A stretch of 64,000 nt of DNA, taken from NCBI RefSeq assembly GCF_009914755.1, contig NC_060930.1; one strand, 5' to 3'. This stretch comes from the human T2T-CHM13v2.0 reference genome, Homo sapiens. The translations under genes were made by a program, and so were the position numbers. The first letter of the stretch is position 1. Every line of letters begins with the position of its first letter. The notes under the pieces were generated by a model. It was not told where the DNA came from. It did not search any database and saw only the letters and a program-made list of their open reading frames with translations. Positions 57,090 through 64,000 of the stretch are shown here, one piece after another.

Positions 57090-58050
57090 ATTTTATATCC
57101 CCAACTAAATTTTCAGCTACTTGAGAACAGGACCATTCTTATTTCTCTCAATACTGAGCACAATGTCTTGCACATGGCTGGCTTTCCATAAATGTTGGTT
57201 GATTTAAAAGTTGACAACAGATATTAAATTGAATCTTTAACTGCTTCCTGTTTCCCGCCTTTCATAGCCAATCCCAAGCCAAAGCCTATAGAATATTCAT
57301 CTACAGTATCTCTCCCAAACCCTCTTTATATTCCTATTATGGTCATCCTAGTTCAGAACTTTACTACCTCTTATGGAGACTATCCCAATAGCTTCCTAAT
57401 TTGCCTCCCTCCAGGTTTTCCAGTTCTTCTTGGTGACGCCATCTGTGGTGAGCAGATTAATCTTTCAAACTATAACCCAATCATGTGATTCCTTAGCTCA
57501 AAAGTGGGTAAAGTTTTTCTAATGCCTACCAAACTGATGTGCTAATTACATTCCAGACGTTCTATACTCTCTAGGTCTCTCGGTTCCTCCCTTCCTCTTC
57601 TTTCATGTCTCCTCTTCGCTTACCAATGTTATGTTCCAAACATACCATATGACTTTTCCTTCCATAATCACCCCAACTTTATCCATCCCAACACTTTACG
57701 TAGGTGAATATCATTCTCGCCACCTATCAAAACCTTGCACATCCTTAAAGCTGTCCTCAGGAAATACTTCCTGCTCCCCAAGCCCTCTACCCAAGCAAAC
57801 CCATAAGAAAATTGATACGATTTCTTTCTCTTCACAAAACATTTTATTTATACATCTCTGAGGACCCTAGTACAAGTTTTCTTATATCCAAGTCAGGTAT
57901 GTACTAGTCCGATTTCTATTTTAGGTAGGGTTTATAAGCAACTTGAAGGCTGAAATGCAGACTTACTCATCATTGTATTCCTCCACAGCACCAAAACACT
58001 ACATTGCATATGGCAGAAATGCCATAAATATTCATTGAGTTTAAATGAAC
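57090..58050 (+). mobile_element. L2 LINE fragments
   Basis: L2 3'-end-like motifs: cttgagaacaggacc...ataaatgttggttga and aacttgaaggc...cattgtattcctccacagcacc...ataaatattcattga. Confidence 0.55.
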
Positions 58051-60229
58051 TAAAGCTTTTAAAAATAGCCAAAAAAGCTCAGGTTCCATGTAAGAAGAAT
58101 GGGGCTCAAGCCAACTGAGTGTTGGCATCTGTGATGATTGGTGTCCTCAAAATTTCCACTTAAGGATGATGACAGAATCAAGCTCTGCTACAGCCAATGA
58201 ATAATTTATTTGTGCACAAAACATTCTGTTAATGGAAATCTTTTTATGGCTCAAGATCTAAAATGTATTTACTGCCCTATAGTTATTAAATGTTTGCTTT
58301 AATCATTAGGTACACAAGGTAATGACAAATGATAATTACAGTATCATTATATACTCTTAAACTGATTTAATCAAGAGTATCTCTTCTGAAATTCAAAAAC
58401 TCCTCAGTGGATGGGGATGGGAAAGATTACACTGGAACCAATCAACTCACTGCTACCATCAAATTTAAGAAACTAAGGTTTTCTGTTGTTAGAAATACCA
58501 CCAATTGAAAAAGTAACTTTAGATACAAATGCCTAGTACTTTTTTTTTAAAGCTCAATTAAAAATCCCCCTGCCTCCCCGAACTAGACTGCCTCAATCAA
58601 TGAAACACATCAGAGAAAAAGAGAAGTGCATGTGTTTGCGCGTTCCCTAGATGTTCCAGCCTGCCAAAAAATGTTTCTTTGCTGTGCTATTTCAGCAAGT
58701 CGTGAGATGGCAATGATCACCCTCCTCAAAAGAAAAAGATAGCTATTTTTCCTGTATGTTTTTATTTTAAGAGGCTGGGAGGCACACTTCTGGCTGCTGA
58801 GAGTACTCTGACACATACACATGTTCCTGAGGAGGTGAATTTGTGGGGGAATTTTGGCAGGGTGAAGGTTAAGAAAACCTAAAATCATCCTAAACTCTTG
58901 GGAAATATTTAAGGAGCTGAAAAAAAACAGCAAAAAGAGGAAGATGATGAAGTCTTCCAGTGAATTCCTGTTTCCAACTATAAACCCTCATGAAAAACGA
59001 AAAGTAAAGTACTATAAAATACATGCTTTTTATCTATATTTATATCAGACTCAACTGGTACACAATCAAATTCATCACACTACTAGACAAACCAGCTTCT
59101 CTCTTTACCTCATGTTTTCTATTAAAAGTGATATTCAAACTCCAAAGCTCAAAGCCTGGGGTCATCACTGACCGCTTCCTCCTGCTACCCACCCCCAGAA
59201 TGCATGCACATCCACACAAGCTCACCCTAGACCCAATCAGGCAGCCCCTATGCTGGTGTCCTGCATACTTTCCTTCATACAGCCAGTGCCTGTCAATCCC
59301 TATCACTACCCTCCAACCAGACTCTCACACCGGTCTGATCTCCCACCACACAAAGTAGGCAGGAGACCAGCAAGTACTCTGGGTACAAATGGCAAAGTGC
59401 CAAAGGCCAGATCCAGGCCTGATGCCCTTGCGTGCCTGGGATCCAGGGACAATTCTCAGAGGCAGTGAACCGTGGAAGGGTCGAGGGTCCTAAGAAAAAC
59501 AATTTGAGTGGAACGCAGCCACAAGGGCACCATGATGCAAAACCTGAGAAGTAAGGAGCTGAGGGGGATATGGGAGGAAATCAGAAAGAACTTCCTCAGC
59601 CTGGGATTCGAGTCTCCACTGAGGTCTGCGATGCAGTGCCTTCATCTGTGATGTAAGCGTGGGAGGACATACAGGGCACAACATGAGATGACAGCTCTTG
59701 TTTGAATTCATGGAAGTGCCTCCTAAGTGGCTTCTATGCTTGCAGTGACTGCTGCCCCCCACCCCACCTCACCCGCCATCCAACAGGGCCCAGCCCGACC
59801 CATCTCCCTGAAGCGCAGCTCTGAGTGCAGTGCTCTCCTGCTCAAAGGTTTTCATGGGCTTCCCACGCCCCTTTGTCCTGCAGTCAATGTCAGCTGTGCT
59901 TTGCCTTCACACTACACAGGAATCCCTCATAGTCAGAGGCCACATGTAATTTATCTCATTAAATTTTTTCAGAGGTCAATTATTTTTGTTGCCATAGTCA
60001 AAACAAGGAGAATGAGACCTCCTGGTCAGGGACTGTAGGGGTTTTTAGGTTTGTTCTGCTGTGTGGGGAAGGGGTTTGTTACTCTTTTACTTTAAGAGCA
60101 ATTTTTGCACTACAAAATTCATAAATTTGTATTCATGACCTGGCTCTGGATATTTAATAGGTATCAGACTTGCAGATTCATCTCACAAATATAATTAAAA
60201 TTAAACCTGTGTCCAGGTATCGATTTTCA

Positions 60230-60593
<364 letters not shown>

Positions 60594-61454
60594 TCACAAG
60601 CAATTATTTTTATTAAACCCAACAAATATTTATTAAATGTCTACTATTTTTTCAATCACCATTTTTAAGAATAAAGAAGACACAAGCAATTTACAGTGCA
60701 GGCATATGACAGGAAAACTTCACATAAATTACTTTATTATAAAGTGCAAGTACAAAAATGCATACAAAAAGTGGCATGAGAGAAGTATAAATTGTTAAGG
60801 GGTGATGCGGGCAAAGGAGCTCAAACATGAAGAGAAGTAATACTACAATAAAATTATTAACCAGACTCCGACGTCAGTAAAGTGCATTAACCCAAAATGC
60901 AAATAATAGATGAGGTAGAAAATGCGATTAAGAAAGCGAATTTTTCTCTTGGCAATTCATGGGTGAGACATCAATGTGATATCAGATTCAAACATAAAAT
61001 AAAGATCTCTATGTGGGGGATTTTGTCCAATATCCAATTAAAGGATTTATAGTGAAAACTGTAACTGCCAAGGGAACCGGAACTCCAGAGGCCATTCTTG
61101 ATCCACAAGGGATATTGCTTGGAAATCATGAGATTCTCAGATCAGGGAAGTGATTGGGTAAACTTAACAATTGGTATCATCAGGTTTCAGTTTCCAGAAG
61201 GTGATAACTGACAGAGGTCTGGAAAATTTACAGTCCACATCTTTCTACAGCATTTTATTCCTTGGACTACCTCAAGATTCCCTAAAAGTATAAGATTTGA
61301 CTCTGCCCCCAGATTTTGATACGGCTGGCTTCTATTTCTTTATGTCAGTCATAATAAAAAGAACATAGTGGCCACATCCACAACGCTCCAACATTTGAAC
61401 ACTGCCAGTTAACTAGACTGGTGACTTGGTAGTGACTGACATGTTAGCCAAAAA

Positions 61455-61675
61455 TGGGAGAAACAGAGTTGGATTCTGGTTCTATGACTCACTAGTGCTG
61501 TGACTTTAAGCAAATTACTCAACTAAAACCAACCCCCCCACCATGAAGCCTCCGGTCCCTTATACACAAAATAAAGTGTGAGTAATAACTACATAATAGC
61601 TATTGCCTCAAATGAGATAATGTACATGGAAGCCATTTGCAGACAGAGAGTAAGTCATTACACAAATATTAATTC
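61455..61675 (+). mobile_element. MIR SINE
   Basis: ctcactagtgctgtgactttaagcaaattact...caaatgagataatgtacatg. Confidence 0.65.
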
Positions 61676-64000
61676 ATGCCATCATAGAAACAAGGCATAT
61701 GATCAGTCACTAAGATTCACTGTGTAGGTTTTGCATGGAGAGTGAAAAATGAGAGGCTCCTTCACACAGCCATCCTATACTGCAAACTGAAGGAGACAGG
61801 AAGGATAGACAGAAGGAAATACTATGAAATGATATGAAAGAAGCCTTCAGTCAGGGTTTCAGATGGCTGCAGCATGCTTGTGGAACAAAATGGGATTTGC
61901 TCATACTACTGGTTTAGTTAATACTTACTGATGGAATGATGAATATGTGAATGAAAACTTATTAAATGCATGAACGAATGAAGGTATAACCAGGTAAAAT
62001 ACTTGAAAAACAAAGCAGGAAGAGTCAAATTGTGAATAAGAAAAAATAAGAAAATAATTTTGGAAAAATGAAGCCATGTAGCTCAAATAAGCTAACAGTA
62101 CTGGGCTCCACTCACCTAAGCTAGAATAGCAAAACAAAGGGCAGTCTTTGTAAGGAGGCCAGAAGAAATGTAGAGCATACATAAGAGTCCACATTTTCAC
62201 ATCAGTTTGTAAATATTAATACTCAAACATAAATACTGATAGCCTCTTCTGTTATCTCAAAATACAAGGAACCAAACAGAAGACTTGTATGCATCTGAAG
62301 AGCTATAAAAATATAAAAGGAAGTCCTGTATAATAGGAAACATTTTGAAGGCCACAATATACTGAAACTTAAAGGTCTACTCTGAATGATCTGTGATAGC
62401 AGAAGTTATAGTACACCCGGAGATAACAGATAGCAAATCTAATTTGCAACCTTATCAAATCGTTATAAGACCAGCTAAAAGGTATCCAAATAGAATGAAT
62501 TAAAAGGGTTTTCTTCCTTTTCATTTTCCTAATTGGTATAAGTAATAATAAGAAAAAACATATAAAGGCATATCAAAGAGAAAGGAGAGATAAACAGATG
62601 AAGAAAAGGTTTGGGGAAATCACAAAATATAGCAATTTCCACAGAACACAGAATTATGTATTTTGGACTTCCTAATTTAAAGTAAGACTTCAGTGATGTC
62701 TGACTCCAGAAATTACTAACAGTAATAATTGTATAATTATCAGCAAATTAATTACTGCTCTTTAACCCAATATTTTCAAGTTTATGAGAGTCTTAATAAT
62801 TTTCACCTTCTTTTTTTAGGAAGGAATATCACTTACATAATTCCTAAATAAATATATCCAATGTAGTGACAGCATATAAATCTGATCACCCATGTGTTTA
62901 AAAGCCCAGACTCCAGCTAATATCACTTTAAAATGAATAATGTCAAGACCAGTCAAAAACATTCACTGCTTGAAGGAAAATGCCAGGACATGCAAAGCAA
63001 TATTATTATAAAAAATAATAATAATTTGTATGTACTAACTTTTCAAAAAGTACCATAAAAGGAAGAATATTGTGTGGATGAGAATGTTCCTTTCTTACTT
63101 TGCAAACTGTTTTCTATTTACTACCAATTTGTGGTGGGAGGAGTTGGGCACATTTTTAAAATTTATTATTTGTAAAAAAAGTTACATTGAAAAAAAAACC
63201 CTCATTTGGGCTAATGCACAGGGCCAGGTTCACTGATAAAGTCACTAAGAGGTTGCTGATTATGTATTCCATATGCATCACGAAAATGCTTACCGATTCC
63301 ATATGAAGTCCTTCCTTACCAAAAGAAGTATTTGATTTAATTGAGAAAATATACCTAGCTCTTTGAGTAAAGACCATGTTGACAGGCTAAAGAATCAGTC
63401 ACGTGATAGATGAAATATAATTCTGGTTACATTTAACCAGTGACTGCAATGACTATTACCCCTATTAATCACCATCATCATAACCACTACTGTGAACTCC
63501 TAGTACCTGCCAGGTATTTAATCCTCATAGAGCCTTATGAACTAAGCAGCATCCTTATTTAATGCAAAACAATTGTTTCAAAGCACAGTGACCCCAATGA
63601 GCTGACTCAACCAGAGGAGTCCAGAACTCACAGTGCAATACACAAGGAGGCCATCTGCACTCAATGTCCAGGCCATGTCCATTCTCAGGAGGCACTGATA
63701 AAACAGTCGCTTGAACATAATTTAAATTAGGTACCACCAATTTAAATGTCACTTAACACTTAGGATACTTTGGAAATAACTGTAAAAGCCAAACTTGGGA
63801 GTAGATGGAAAATTAAATGTTGCAAACAAAGACATTTAAGTTAGTGGTTCAGATTATTAATTTCATCTTCTAACATTTATTATAGCTATTGAAAAAATTA
63901 AGGCTTTGCTTTTCACACTTTTAAATATATGTCTTCCTAATGGGTTTTTCATCTAACTGCCTCATATCCCTTTAATTATCCAAAACTTTTTCCAAACAGC

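Noticed and set aside
63288-63322. Two minus-strand donor-like sites as the next upstream HIVEP2 exon
   Set aside because: There is no convincing acceptor. The next UTR exon probably lies beyond the right edge of the window.

Overview
Primate (very probably human) genomic DNA carrying part of HIVEP2 (Schnurri-2/MBP-2/ZAS2) on the minus strand. The first 1027 codons of the protein (3082->2, [17 protein letters not shown]...HHHQKEM) lie in one very large exon that starts at 3469 and runs off the left edge. The supplied ORF track misses this CDS because no stop codon falls inside the window. Two small 5'-UTR exons are supported by splice signals (11951-11857, 95 nt; 4534-4490, 45 nt). The rest is intron with about 20 Alus, L1/L2/MIR fragments, MaLR/ERV LTR pieces, Tigger/Charlie DNA transposons and microsatellites. 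Most interesting: (1) the spliced 5' leader has 11 upstream ATGs in 7 uORFs. Three are chained by TGATG stop-start overlaps, and one is a 39-codon uORF spliced over three exons with a frame-preserving 45-nt microexon. (2) A 90-codon stop-free in-frame extension precedes the main ATG and contains an ACC-CTG-G near-cognate start. (3) Inverted Alu pairs bracket each small UTR exon. (4) The protein carries calcineurin (PxIxIT plus two LxVP), CaMKII-pseudosubstrate-like and beta-TrCP motifs. (5) A near-perfect 26-bp-stem hairpin sits at 48028-48105. Repeat family names are from recognition by eye, and their boundaries are approximate.
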